Source: an uncultured Thermoplasmatales archaeon (GTDB lineage Archaea; Thermoplasmatota; E2; DHVEG-1). From it: 52,961 nt of DNA. Positions 1-8,087 of this stretch are shown piece after piece. Numbering within the stretch: position 1 is the first letter of the stretch; every line of letters starts with the position of its first letter. Both the position numbers and the translations under genes were made by a program. Location of the stretch: NCBI GenBank assembly GCA_964473335.1, contig CAYYOO010000002.1, positions 1-52,961 of the forward strand, written 5' to 3'. Below the pieces are notes generated by a model, which ran no database searches, was not told where the DNA came from, and saw only the letters and a program-made list of their open reading frames with translations.

Positions 1-51
1 ACATATGGGACTGTGGATCCTCTGTGGCGGGTTCAAATCCCGCCGCGGGCC
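1..51 (+). tRNA. tRNA-His(GUG), 3' portion; the 5' end lies upstream of the window
   Basis: Anticodon arm tggga/CTGTGGA/tcctc at 6-22 has a canonical 7-nt loop C-U-GUG-G-A. T arm gcggg/ttcaaat/cccgc is at 27-43 and the acceptor 3' strand cgcgggc at 44-50. The discriminator at 51 is C, as expected for prokaryotic tRNA-His. No CCA is encoded. Confidence 0.7.
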
Positions 52-55
52 TACT
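38..55 (+). repeat. attL: 18-bp direct repeat tcccgccgcgggcctact overlapping the tRNA-His 3' end
   Basis: An exact copy is present at 11278-11295 (read directly). It covers the T-stem 3' strand, the acceptor strand and 4 nt downstream. Confidence 0.85.
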
Positions 56-119
56 GTGTAAAGGTAAAAGGCCCGTAACCTTTATTTACCAACTAAATAT
101 TACACTATTAGGGGTTTTT

Positions 120-1394
120 ATGAAAAAAGGTTACACAGGCCGTGTTTTAGAAACTGGTTTAAACTACTTGAATAAAAGCAGGATTGATAAAAAAAATAAA
201 CAAACCATTAAAGATTTTGTAAATTCACTTTCAGCAGAAGGAATAACCCAAGACCGTCAATGTAAATATATCTATACACTTGTTAAAATTTCAAGAAAGA
301 TAAATAATAAAGATTTTTCAAAGCTTGCAAAAACAGATATTGAAAAATTAATAGGTAAACTAAACAATGAGGATCTTTCAGAATGGACCAAAAGAGATTA
401 TAGAATAGTAACTAAAAGATTAATGAGGTACATTAGAAACAAAGAAATTGAAGAATACAACAAAACACATAAGAAAAAAAAGAAATTATTTGGAAAAAAA
501 GAATATCCAAATGAAGTAAATTGGCTTTCTTCAACTATCAAAAAGAAAGATAAAAGAAAATACAAAAAAGAAATTCTAAAACCCGATGATATAAAAGAAC
601 TTGCTGAAGCAACATTCAATCTTAGAGATAAAGCATTTATTCTTTTTCTATATGAAAGCGGTGCAAGAATTGGCGAAGTAATGAATATGAGAATTAGGGA
701 TTTTAAACCTGAAGAAGCCTGGGCCAATGCAACACTTTTTGGAAAAACAGGTGAAAGAACTATTACTATTATTTCTTCAGCACCCGCAATAAACAACTGG
801 ATAAAACACCATCCAACTAGAGATAACGAAAATAGTTATCTATTCTGTTCTTTAAATCATTCAACTAAAGGCGATTTGAATAGTTATTCATATTTTAATA
901 AACTAATTAAAGAAGCAGCTAAACGTGCTGGATGGATTGATAAAAACGGGAATATTACAAGAGCTGTTAATCCACATCATTTTAGACATTCAAGAGCAAG
1001 TGAGCTTGCTAAAAAATTTACAGAAGCACATCTTTGTAATTACATGGGGTGGGAAATAGGATCTAAAGAAGCAGCAGATTATGTACATACAAGCAGAGAT
1101 GAAACAAATAATGCCTATAAAGTAATGCATGGGCTTGCAGTTGAAGAAGAAGAAAAAAACAAGTTTAAACCTATAGAATGCCCAAGATGTAATATTATGA
1201 ATGATCCTAGTGCAAAAAGGTGTATGGGCTGCGGTCAATTCTTAGATGACGAAAGCATAGACGAATATCTTAAACAAAAAGATGAAGCAACAGATATAGG
1301 ATTGTTATTGAAAAAATCAAAAAATAAAGATGAAATAAAAGAAATGTTAAGACCAATGCTTATAGAACTACTTAAAGAATCAGATAAAAAATAA
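120..1394 (+). CDS. Tyrosine recombinase/integrase with C-terminal zinc ribbon
   Basis: Start is the in-frame ATG at 120 (MKKGYTGR); the track ORF from 24 runs through the tRNA. Catalytic signature: ESGARIGE (Arg), GKTGERTI (Lys), HHFRHSRAS (His-x-x-Arg), GWEIGS and ADYVH (Tyr). It is followed by CPRC-x13-CMGC. Confidence 0.8.
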   Translation: MKKGYTGRVLETGLNYLNKSRIDKKNKQTIKDFVNSLSAEGITQDRQCKYIYTLVKISRKINNKDFSKLAKTDIEKLIGKLNNEDLSEWTKRDYRIVTKRLMRYIRNKEIEEYNKTHKKKKKLFGKKEYPNEVNWLSSTIKKKDKRKYKKEILKPDDIKELAEATFNLRDKAFILFLYESGARIGEVMNMRIRDFKPEEAWANATLFGKTGERTITIISSAPAINNWIKHHPTRDNENSYLFCSLNHSTKGDLNSYSYFNKLIKEAAKRAGWIDKNGNITRAVNPHHFRHSRASELAKKFTEAHLCNYMGWEIGSKEAADYVHTSRDETNNAYKVMHGLAVEEEEKNKFKPIECPRCNIMNDPSAKRCMGCGQFLDDESIDEYLKQKDEATDIGLLLKKSKNKDEIKEMLRPMLIELLKESDKK

Positions 1395-1419
1395 ATTTAA
1401 ATTTTTCAATATTTTTTCT

Positions 1420-2151
1420 TTATTTCACATTGAAATATTTGTTATATTCTTCGAAAAAATCATCAATCTTATATTCTTTTTTATATAATTTCTTTTTAAT
1501 TCCATCTAAATCAAGAGCTTCTTCATAGAATGTTAAAAAACCTGTATAAGTATAGGTTTTAAACAACTCTGAAACATAAGAATTAATTTTAGATAATTTA
1601 TAATGAACTCTAATATACTGTTTATCTAAGATTTTATCAGAAAATTGATCTATTGCTTGATTTACCAATACAATATTAAAAAAATTAATCCCCTCAAAGA
1701 TTCTTTCAAAAAAATCAATGTTTTTACTAAAATCATAATTTTTTATTGCATTTTCAATTAAATCTCTTGCGAGAAATAAACTTAAAATACTATCTAATTC
1801 CTTCATTTCTTCATTGTTAAATTTAATATTTTCTTTTTTCAATTTATCAAGAATAGCATTTTTCAAAGGATCTAATAATGAAAAATAATACTGTCTTTTT
1901 TCAGCATTACGACTAGAAAAATCCAATTTATCTTTATAGATATCCATCAAGTTATTTTCTTTGGCTATTTTACTATCAGCTTTTATAATCCATCCTTCTT
2001 TTTCTAATTTTTTTATTTCAGGATATATGCCTTTTTTTTTAGGATCTCCATATATCAGTTTAGAAATTTCCATTTTATAACGAGGCTTAGTATAACAAAG
2101 TAAATAGATTTTTTTTCCTAAATTATGAATTTTATCATTGTTTTTCTTCAT
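1420..2151 (-). CDS. Hypothetical protein, possible N-terminal winged-helix
   Basis: 243-aa ORF divergent from the RHH gene. The N-terminal segment ISKLIYGDPKKKGIYPEIKKLEKEGWI resembles a wHTH recognition region. No other motif was recognised. Confidence 0.35.
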   Translation of the reverse strand: MKKNNDKIHNLGKKIYLLCYTKPRYKMEISKLIYGDPKKKGIYPEIKKLEKEGWIIKADSKIAKENNLMDIYKDKLDFSSRNAEKRQYYFSLLDPLKNAILDKLKKENIKFNNEEMKELDSILSLFLARDLIENAIKNYDFSKNIDFFERIFEGINFFNIVLVNQAIDQFSDKILDKQYIRVHYKLSKINSYVSELFKTYTYTGFLTFYEEALDLDGIKKKLYKKEYKIDDFFEEYNKYFNVK

Positions 2152-2164
2152 ATAAACACCTTTG

Positions 2165-2216
2165 AACGTAAGATAAAAGCTTTTTAACTTACGGTAAGGT
2201 AAATTAAACTTACCTT
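2165..2216. promoter_or_regulatory. Candidate operator in a divergent promoter: four GTAAG/CTTAC half-sites
   Basis: gtaag at 2168-2172, cttac at 2188-2192, gtaag at 2194-2198, cttac at 2209-2213. This includes a 7-bp inverted repeat aaggtaa/ttacctt (2196-2202 / 2210-2216). The region lies between divergent genes 1420-2151(-) and 2258-2416(+). Confidence 0.35.
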
Positions 2217-2257
2217 TAGCTCATCTTAATATATTAGGGTATATATATACTTTAGTG

Positions 2258-2416
2258 ATGGCGAATAAACAGTCTAATATTAAAACACCGAAATGTGTAA
2301 CACTAGATCAAAACACAATAAAAAAATGTGAAAAATATGCAGAAGAACATGCTTTGAGTGTATCTGCTGTTATTAGATTTGTATTAAATGAATTTTTTAA
2401 TGGGGTGAATCAATAG
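2258..2416 (+). CDS. Ribbon-helix-helix (CopG/Arc-like) DNA-binding protein, 52 aa (absent from the ORF track)
   Basis: Translation is MANKQSNIKTPKCVTLDQNTIKKCEKYAEEHALSVSAVIRFVLNEFFNGVNQ. It shows the beta-strand (VTLD) then helix-helix pattern typical of RHH proteins. Confidence 0.55.
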   Translation: MANKQSNIKTPKCVTLDQNTIKKCEKYAEEHALSVSAVIRFVLNEFFNGVNQ

Positions 2417-2580
2417 TGGAAAACTCCAATAATTCTTCTAAAAAAAATTATGATTCAATGACTTTTGAAGAACTCCTGTCTTTAGCTAAAAAAAGAGGTT
2501 TGATATGACAGAATTTAGACTTTTCATATTTCACAACTCCTGTGCCCAAATCCGTGATAAAAAAATAAGAGGTGCAGGAA

Positions 2581-2748
2581 ATGAAAGAAAAAAACTACAG
2601 TACATACTTAAAAATCGAATGTAGAGGTATCACAACCTTGCGGTTGTTAAAAGCATTGCAAAACCTCCGCAACGGAGGGTTAACTGAATTTAAATTTGAA
2701 AAAGAAAAGGACAAGGATTTATATGGAAAAGGTAAAAATTGTTTATGA
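2581..2748 (+). CDS. Hypothetical small protein, 55 aa (absent from the ORF track)
   Basis: The ATG is preceded by GAGGTG 7 nt upstream. Translation is MKEKNYSTYLKIECRGITTLRLLKALQNLRNGGLTEFKFEKEKDKDLYGKGKNCL. It overlaps the next ORF. Confidence 0.35.
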   Translation: MKEKNYSTYLKIECRGITTLRLLKALQNLRNGGLTEFKFEKEKDKDLYGKGKNCL

Positions 2749-2899
2749 AGATGGGGATCAGGTTAGAGCTGTAACAGGTTTTTTACTTAATGAAGATCAG
2801 AATTTTATTAGTATACAACTTGAAAACACGAAACTTAGAATACATCTTAACCATATTTTTAAAATCGAACATCTAACAGGAGGAAAAAATGTCAGATAA
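2723..2899 (+). CDS. Hypothetical small protein, 58 aa
   Basis: In-frame ATG inside track ORF 2696..2899 (MEKVKIVYEDGDQVRAV...). No family was recognised. Confidence 0.35.
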   Translation: MEKVKIVYEDGDQVRAVTGFLLNEDQNFISIQLENTKLRIHLNHIFKIEHLTGGKNVR

Positions 2900-3161
2900 A
2901 CAATTCAAACAAGTACATACAACGATACCAAAAAAATACTGGGAATATGCAAAAAATAAAAAACTAAGCTGGAGTGAATTACTGATTTTTGCAATAGAAC
3001 ACCAAATGAATACAGATCCAGCTATAATAAAAGAAAAACTAAACAAGAACCATGAAGAAAGACAAATACTACAAGACCAACTGAAAAAAGCAGAAAAAAC
3101 ACACCAGGTGAAAAAAACCAAAGTAAAAGATCTACATAAGGGGTTGATACCTGTTGACTAA
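2889..3161 (+). CDS. Hypothetical protein, possible RHH-like N-terminus
   Basis: GGAGGA lies upstream of the ATG. VHTTIPKKYWEYAKNKKLSWSELLIFAIE resembles the RHH strand-helix-helix. The C-terminus is charged and coiled. The gene overlaps the MCM start. Confidence 0.4.
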   Translation: MSDKQFKQVHTTIPKKYWEYAKNKKLSWSELLIFAIEHQMNTDPAIIKEKLNKNHEERQILQDQLKKAEKTHQVKKTKVKDLHKGLIPVD

Positions 3162-5085
3162 AATCTTACCAGATAATGAAACCATAGGTCAATGGGAGCA
3201 ACTACTAACAGATAAAAACTATTTGAAACCAGAATTAGAAACCGCAAGAATAGAAAATATTTTTAAATTTGAATTTGAAAAAGTAGACAAAACAAACCCT
3301 GAACTAGGAGAATTACTTTTAGAAAATCCAATAAAAGCAATAGGTAACTTACGATATGCATTAGAGAATCAGGGCCTAAAAAAATATCAAATAGATATTA
3401 CAGGTCTTCAAGATATAAACCAAAAAAATATTGCAAATCTAAAAACCAATGATCTAAACAAACTCTTATCAATTGAGGGAATAGTATTACAAGCAACAAG
3501 TGTAAACCCTAGATTAACTCTAGGGGCTTTTCAATGCCTAAAATGTGGAGCAATCATAAGAGTATCGCAAGACATAATAAATAATGATAAAATAAAACTT
3601 CCAAATGAATGCTATGCAGATCAAGGCGGATGTGGAAGGGTATCTAATTTTAATCTTTTACCACATCTATCAAAATATATAGATTTTCAAAAACTATTAA
3701 TTACAAATCCATACTATGAACCACACCGAAGGGAACTAGAGATACATTGCTACAAAAACCATTGCAATAAAGTATTACCAGGTGAAACAATAACAATAAA
3801 CGGCCAATACTGCATAAACCAGGATATAAAGAAACTAACACAGGATACATATTTTTATACCTATGGTTTTGAAAGTGCACAATCAAAAAACCTTATTTTT
3901 AATGAAGAAGAACTAAAAAAAGCTAAGAAACTTGCACAATCAAAAAAACTATGGACCACACTAATAAACAGTTTTGCACCATCTATATATGGATATGTAC
4001 CACAAAAAGAAGCAATGCTTCTTCAACAGATAAGCGGTAACTGGCATAATATACAAGATGGAACTACAAGAAGGGGAAGCATACATATACTTCTAGTAGG
4101 TGATCCAGGAACAGTAAAAAGTACACTCATGCAAGCAAGTGCAAGAATTGCACCAATATTTACAAAAGCAAGTGGAAGGGGTGCAACAGTTGCAGGAGTT
4201 ACTGCTGGAGCTGTAAAAGATCCTTTAGGGGATGGATGGATATTACAAGCGGGTGCACTTGTAAGGGCTAATAATGGAACCTGTTTTCTTGATGAATTTG
4301 ATAAACTTCCAAAAGAAGTACAAGGTTGTTTACATGGGCCAATGGAGCAAGGAGTTGTAGAGCAAAGCAAAATGGGAAGTGTAAACCAAAGTCTTGCAGC
4401 AAGAACAGGCGTAACTGCAAGTATGAACCCTAAAATGGGGCGTTTTGATTCATTTGAAAAATATATAAATCAAATAGATATAGAACCAGCACTCCTTAGC
4501 CGTTTTGACTTGATTTTTGCGGTAACTGATACAACAGATAAAGAAACAGATTCTAAAATAGTGGACCATATACACCAAACAATATATGAAGAAAATAAAA
4601 AATCTAATAATTCTTCAATTCTTGAACCTGATTTTTTAAGAAAATATATACACTATGCAAAAAAAATAAAACCTAAGATACCACAAGAAATAAACAACAA
4701 AATCAAAGAATGGTTTATTGAAAAAAGAACTATCGAAGACTATCATATTAATTTTAGACATTATGAAGCAATTAGAAGACTAACAGAGGCAAGTGCAAAA
4801 ACAAGACTTGCAAAAACTGCAAATGAAAAAGATGCAAAAAGAGCACTTGAACTATTTGAATATAGTCTTGATACACTAGGAGTAAAAGATATTGATTCAA
4901 TAACTACTGGAATATCTACAAAGGAAAAAACTATACTTTATTCTGTTAAACTTATACTTCCAACAAACTGGAATGATATTCTTGCACAAGGATATAAAGA
5001 AGAAGACATACAGGCATTGATTGACAAAGAGTTTCTTTTTGAGGGAAAAGACCAAAGAATACATTTTAGGGGTGAAAATCAATGA
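3154..5085 (+). CDS. mcm: MCM-family replicative helicase (mobile-element copy)
   Basis: 643 aa with a TTG start per the track. Zn finger CLKCG...CGRV, Walker A LLVGDPGTVKST, Walker B CFLDEFDKL, arginine-finger region SRFDLIF, and a C-terminal wHTH-like tail. Confidence 0.85.
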   Translation: MTKILPDNETIGQWEQLLTDKNYLKPELETARIENIFKFEFEKVDKTNPELGELLLENPIKAIGNLRYALENQGLKKYQIDITGLQDINQKNIANLKTNDLNKLLSIEGIVLQATSVNPRLTLGAFQCLKCGAIIRVSQDIINNDKIKLPNECYADQGGCGRVSNFNLLPHLSKYIDFQKLLITNPYYEPHRRELEIHCYKNHCNKVLPGETITINGQYCINQDIKKLTQDTYFYTYGFESAQSKNLIFNEEELKKAKKLAQSKKLWTTLINSFAPSIYGYVPQKEAMLLQQISGNWHNIQDGTTRRGSIHILLVGDPGTVKSTLMQASARIAPIFTKASGRGATVAGVTAGAVKDPLGDGWILQAGALVRANNGTCFLDEFDKLPKEVQGCLHGPMEQGVVEQSKMGSVNQSLAARTGVTASMNPKMGRFDSFEKYINQIDIEPALLSRFDLIFAVTDTTDKETDSKIVDHIHQTIYEENKKSNNSSILEPDFLRKYIHYAKKIKPKIPQEINNKIKEWFIEKRTIEDYHINFRHYEAIRRLTEASAKTRLAKTANEKDAKRALELFEYSLDTLGVKDIDSITTGISTKEKTILYSVKLILPTNWNDILAQGYKEEDIQALIDKEFLFEGKDQRIHFRGENQ

Positions 5086-5240
5086 ATTTTAATGTACATT
5101 GCATGTATAATGTACACTATAATGTACATTCAAATGTACATACTCCTTATAGGGTGTTTTTATTAAAACTTAGAAATATAAGCCCTACTCTACTCTCTAC
5201 TCTTTCAATGTTCATGTACTGTACATGTACATTACTACAT
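5086..5240. repeat. Iteron-like cluster of AATGTACA/TGTACA motifs (candidate origin or MCM loading region)
   Basis: AATGTACA occurs at 5091, 5109, 5121 and 5133 (spacing 18, 12, 12). Overlapping ATGTAC/TGTACA/ATGTACA cores lie at 5214-5231. TACTC occurs three times at about 5185-5203. The cluster begins 6 nt after the MCM stop. Confidence 0.5.
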
Positions 5241-5277
5241 ATACATACAATATTTTCTAAATTTTGGAGGGATTTTT

Positions 5278-5529
5278 TTGAATTTGGGTACTAATCAGCT
5301 TTTGCTTTTGAAACGTTGTTTGTATAGCAAAAAAAAGTTTATCACAGATCGTGATGTTAAGTTAGTCTATGGTTTTAAAGATAAAAATAAGAGAAAATTA
5401 GTTTTTGAAAAACTTGAGATTAAAGGGCTTATGTTTTGTATGGATCGTAAACGTTGGAAGCTTACATATTATGGTAAACAGGTTGTTAGGGATAAACTCA
5501 GATCTATTCATAATGGGGTGAGTAGTTGA
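5278..5529 (+). CDS. Hypothetical protein, 83 aa
   Basis: TTG start preceded by GGAGGG. Basic small protein with no motif recognised. Confidence 0.35.
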   Translation: MNLGTNQLLLLKRCLYSKKKFITDRDVKLVYGFKDKNKRKLVFEKLEIKGLMFCMDRKRWKLTYYGKQVVRDKLRSIHNGVSS

Positions 5530-5569
5530 AGGTTTTGGGTTATATAAATTTTTTAAGGAGGTTTATTGA

Positions 5570-5803
5570 ATGAAAAAGAATTTAATTTTACCACAAAGTG
5601 TTTCTTTAGACGATGCAATAAAAAATATGTTATTGTTTGATAATGATCTACATGAGAGAGCAGTTAAATGTAAATACAGAACTAAATATCATTATTGTAC
5701 TCTTAAGAAAAAAGATGTTCATTTGTTGAATCATTGTATTGATTGTGAGTTTTTACCAGATAGTGATTTGGATATCGAATTTGTTTCTTTGGAGGTTGAT
5801 TAA
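5570..5803 (+). CDS. Hypothetical Cys/His-containing small protein
   Basis: 77-aa ORF preceded by AAGGAGG. Contains HYC...HC-x2-C. Confidence 0.4.
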   Translation: MKKNLILPQSVSLDDAIKNMLLFDNDLHERAVKCKYRTKYHYCTLKKKDVHLLNHCIDCEFLPDSDLDIEFVSLEVD

Positions 5804-5806
5804 TTT

Positions 5807-6118
5807 TTGACTAGAGTTTTTAGTGTAAGAATCAGTAAAGAGCTATTTGATAAAATAAACTCTGAAATTAAAGAATTGGGTATTTCACGCAGAGAATGGT
5901 TAACAAGTCTATATAATTCAAAAAATACACAAAAAAAACACGTATACAGTAGCGTATACAAACAAAAAAGGTGTAGCACTATGAATGAGTTGCATAGTTT
6001 TTGCGATAGCTTAAAACCGTCTAATTTTAAAGATTCTAGTATTTCTGATAATAAAGAGGATATCAGAGAGATTCTAAAAAATATTAAAACGGTTTCTGGG
6101 AGGTACAAAAAAAGTTGA
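5807..6118 (+). CDS. Hypothetical protein with RHH-like N-terminus
   Basis: FSVRISKELFDKINSEIKELGISRREWLTSL fits the CopG-type strand-helix-helix pattern. Confidence 0.4.
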   Translation: MTRVFSVRISKELFDKINSEIKELGISRREWLTSLYNSKNTQKKHVYSSVYKQKRCSTMNELHSFCDSLKPSNFKDSSISDNKEDIREILKNIKTVSGRYKKS

Positions 6119-6300
6119 GATCTACAGAGGAAAAAATAGGTCTTATGAAAAACCGTATCAATGTTCTAGGTTATCAGATAGAGAAACGAAAAAATGAGAT
6201 TAAAAAACTAAAAATAGAGATATCTAGGCTTAGGGAAAAACAAAAAAAAGAATCTAAAGAAAAATTTAGAGAGAGATTGTTATGTATATGGGATATCTAA
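6115..6300 (+). CDS. Hypothetical coiled-coil protein
   Basis: 61-aa highly charged heptad-like sequence. It overlaps both neighbours by a few nt. Confidence 0.3.
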   Translation: MRSTEEKIGLMKNRINVLGYQIEKRKNEIKKLKIEISRLREKQKKESKEKFRERLLCIWDI

Positions 6301-6647
6301 AAAACAATAACGGTGGTGGTATTACTCCAATATCTGTGTTGATTATTATAGTGGTTTTTGTGGTTTGTGTTTTTATTATTGTTACAGGTTTTATGCCACA
6401 TAAACCATCATGTAATCCTGAGGATCAAAAAAAACTGAGGGGTATTCTTAGGGGTTTTTATGAAAACAGTAGTTATTATTCTGTGGTTGTTGGTAATCAA
6501 TCTTATGTTTTTTGTTATGTTCTTTCTGAATCTTATCTTAATCAGTTTATAGGAGAAAAAGTTGAAATAACTTATTGTAGGAATGTTAATAGTTTACGTG
6601 ATGTAAAGGTTTGTTTTGATATGGTTGGTTGTGTTATTGTAGAGTAA
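6282..6647 (+). CDS. Hypothetical membrane protein
   Basis: Single N-terminal TM segment (ITPISVLIIIVVFVVCVFIIVTGF). Confidence 0.4.
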   Translation: MYMGYLKNNNGGGITPISVLIIIVVFVVCVFIIVTGFMPHKPSCNPEDQKKLRGILRGFYENSSYYSVVVGNQSYVFCYVLSESYLNQFIGEKVEITYCRNVNSLRDVKVCFDMVGCVIVE

Positions 6648-6742
6648 AAAAAAACATTATTTTTTTTGAAGAAGTTTTACGTATGTTTGCATTTTTGTTT
6701 TTGGTTATTTATCTGTTGAAGTTTTTATATCTTGCATATTTG

Positions 6743-6770
6743 GTGTTATTGCTCAGGGGGATAGAGAGAG
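6743..6770 (+). repeat. 28-bp direct repeat, copy 1 (gtgttattgctcagggggatagagagag)
   Basis: Exact match to 6912-6939, read directly. Confidence 0.85.
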
Positions 6771-6911
6771 TAAATATTAACTATAGTTTTATTTTGAGGG
6801 GGGTGATCTTAGTTAAAAAATGTTGTAAATGTTGGTTTTAAATGGTTTTTAAATGTTTTATAATTTTTATAATAAATGTTAGAGTTGTTTGTTTTATTTG
6901 TTTTTGATGTT

Positions 6912-6939
6912 GTGTTATTGCTCAGGGGGATAGAGAGAG
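6912..6939 (+). repeat. 28-bp direct repeat, copy 2
   Basis: Exact match to 6743-6770, offset 169 bp. Confidence 0.85.
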
Positions 6940-6971
6940 ATTATATATTTTTTATTTTTGTTAGGTTTTTT

Positions 6972-6989
6972 TGTAGGTATTGTAGGTAT
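6972..6989 (+). repeat. Tandem 9-mer tgtaggtat x2
   Basis: Read directly at 6972-6980 and 6981-6989. Confidence 0.8.
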
Positions 6990-7109
6990 TTTTCAATAGT
7001 TGTTTTTTAGATATAGGTTTGTTAATTTTGTTTAGTTATATTGTAAGATTGTAGCTATATGTGAGAGTAGGAAATGGTATATACAAAAAAATTTTTGTGT
7101 TATTTTTTT

Positions 7110-7195
7110 GTATCATATTTGATATAAACAATTGTTAATACCATATTTGTTATAAACATTTGTTATGTTTTTGTTATCATATATGATATTAAACA
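7110..7195. repeat. Short-repeat and palindrome cluster
   Basis: tttgttat occurs at 7146, 7159 and 7170. A 14-bp perfect palindrome tatcatatatgata lies at 7175-7188. A related copy tatcatatttgatata lies at 7111-7126. Confidence 0.6.
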
Positions 7196-7743
7196 GGAGG
7201 GATAATGTAGTAAGCTTGTTATTTGATGCTGAATCAAGACTTGGGGAAATACTAGATAACCGTGTTCATCAACAAGAACACGGCAATGATGGAAAGTTTG
7301 AAGAAAAATTACCTAAAGGATTAGATAGAAAACAATCACACTATGCACAAGAACTCAAGATGGATGTACCTTGTATTATCCGTAAAGATCTAAAAGAAGA
7401 ATGGCAGATAGAAGAACAACTCATATCTGATAATTTACTAAGAAGACACCTAAGTGACTACCAAAAAGTAGAATGTGATGATAAATTAAAAAACATCGAA
7501 GACATAAAAGCAAAACTAAGAAAATTATCAACTTTAAAAAGAGGAGATAAACTCCCCGATACCCAAAATTTTGGGGAACGGGACAATAATAAACATTCAG
7601 GGGAATCATTACAAAAACGTGCTAAAAAACTAGGGACAAACAGAGAAACACTCAGACAAGCACGGAAAATATACCACGAAGCACCAGAACCAATCAAAAA
7701 AGAATGGCAACAGAAAAACAATAATGGTGGTGATGCACAATAA
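7165..7743 (+). CDS. Hypothetical protein, 192 aa (start uncertain)
   Basis: Long charged ORF with no family recognised. The predicted start lies inside the repeat cluster. Confidence 0.4.
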   Translation: MFLLSYMILNRRDNVVSLLFDAESRLGEILDNRVHQQEHGNDGKFEEKLPKGLDRKQSHYAQELKMDVPCIIRKDLKEEWQIEEQLISDNLLRRHLSDYQKVECDDKLKNIEDIKAKLRKLSTLKRGDKLPDTQNFGERDNNKHSGESLQKRAKKLGTNRETLRQARKIYHEAPEPIKKEWQQKNNNGGDAQ

Positions 7744-7748
7744 AACAA
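7714..7748 (+). repeat. 35-bp direct repeat, copy 1 (covers the 3' end and stop of ORF 7165-7743)
   Basis: aaaaacaataatggtggtgatgcacaataaaacaa. It matches 7947-7981 with one mismatch (7723 a versus 7956 g). Confidence 0.85.
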
Positions 7749-7946
7749 AATAATTGGAGTCTAAAAAACAAAGGATTATCCAGTTATCCCAATGGGAAAC
7801 CTGTAGAGATATACCCAAAACATATCATTGAAACACTCCATCAGAAATTGAAAGATGATATATTAACTATATTTGATGAGATGTGCGGCAGAGATAAACT
7901 CGAAATTATCAATTCTCTTTTAAACTGTATCGACCAACGATTCGGT

Positions 7947-7981
7947 AAAAACAATGATGGTGGTGATGCACAATAAAACAA
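7947..7981 (+). repeat. 35-bp direct repeat, copy 2
   Basis: Offset 233 bp from copy 1. It again ends an open frame with ...GGDAQ-stop. Confidence 0.85.
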
Positions 7982-8087
7982 CAATGTTCCCAAAACCGTT
8001 TTTCTTTAAATACTATTTCTTCCCAAATTGTAAATATTTGTGTTTTGGGAAGAAAAGGTATATATATTTATGGAGGGGTGGGAAGAA

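Noticed and set aside
24-119. N-terminal extension of the integrase ORF
   Set aside because: The extension is translated across the tRNA-His 3' end and the att site. The in-frame ATG at 120 gives a sensible start.
5082-5294. Track ORF of 70 aa (MNFNVHCMYNVHYNVH...)
   Set aside because: Its translation is low-complexity because it reads straight through the AATGTACA repeat cluster. It is more plausibly non-coding repeat DNA.
6743-6939. Two identical 28-bp repeats considered as a mini CRISPR array
   Set aside because: There are only two copies, separated by 141 bp, far longer than CRISPR spacers. No cas genes are in the window and there is no further periodicity.
7714-7981. Template/variable repeat pair of a diversity-generating retroelement
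   Set aside because: The repeat is only 35 bp with a single mismatch, and no reverse transcriptase gene is present in the window.
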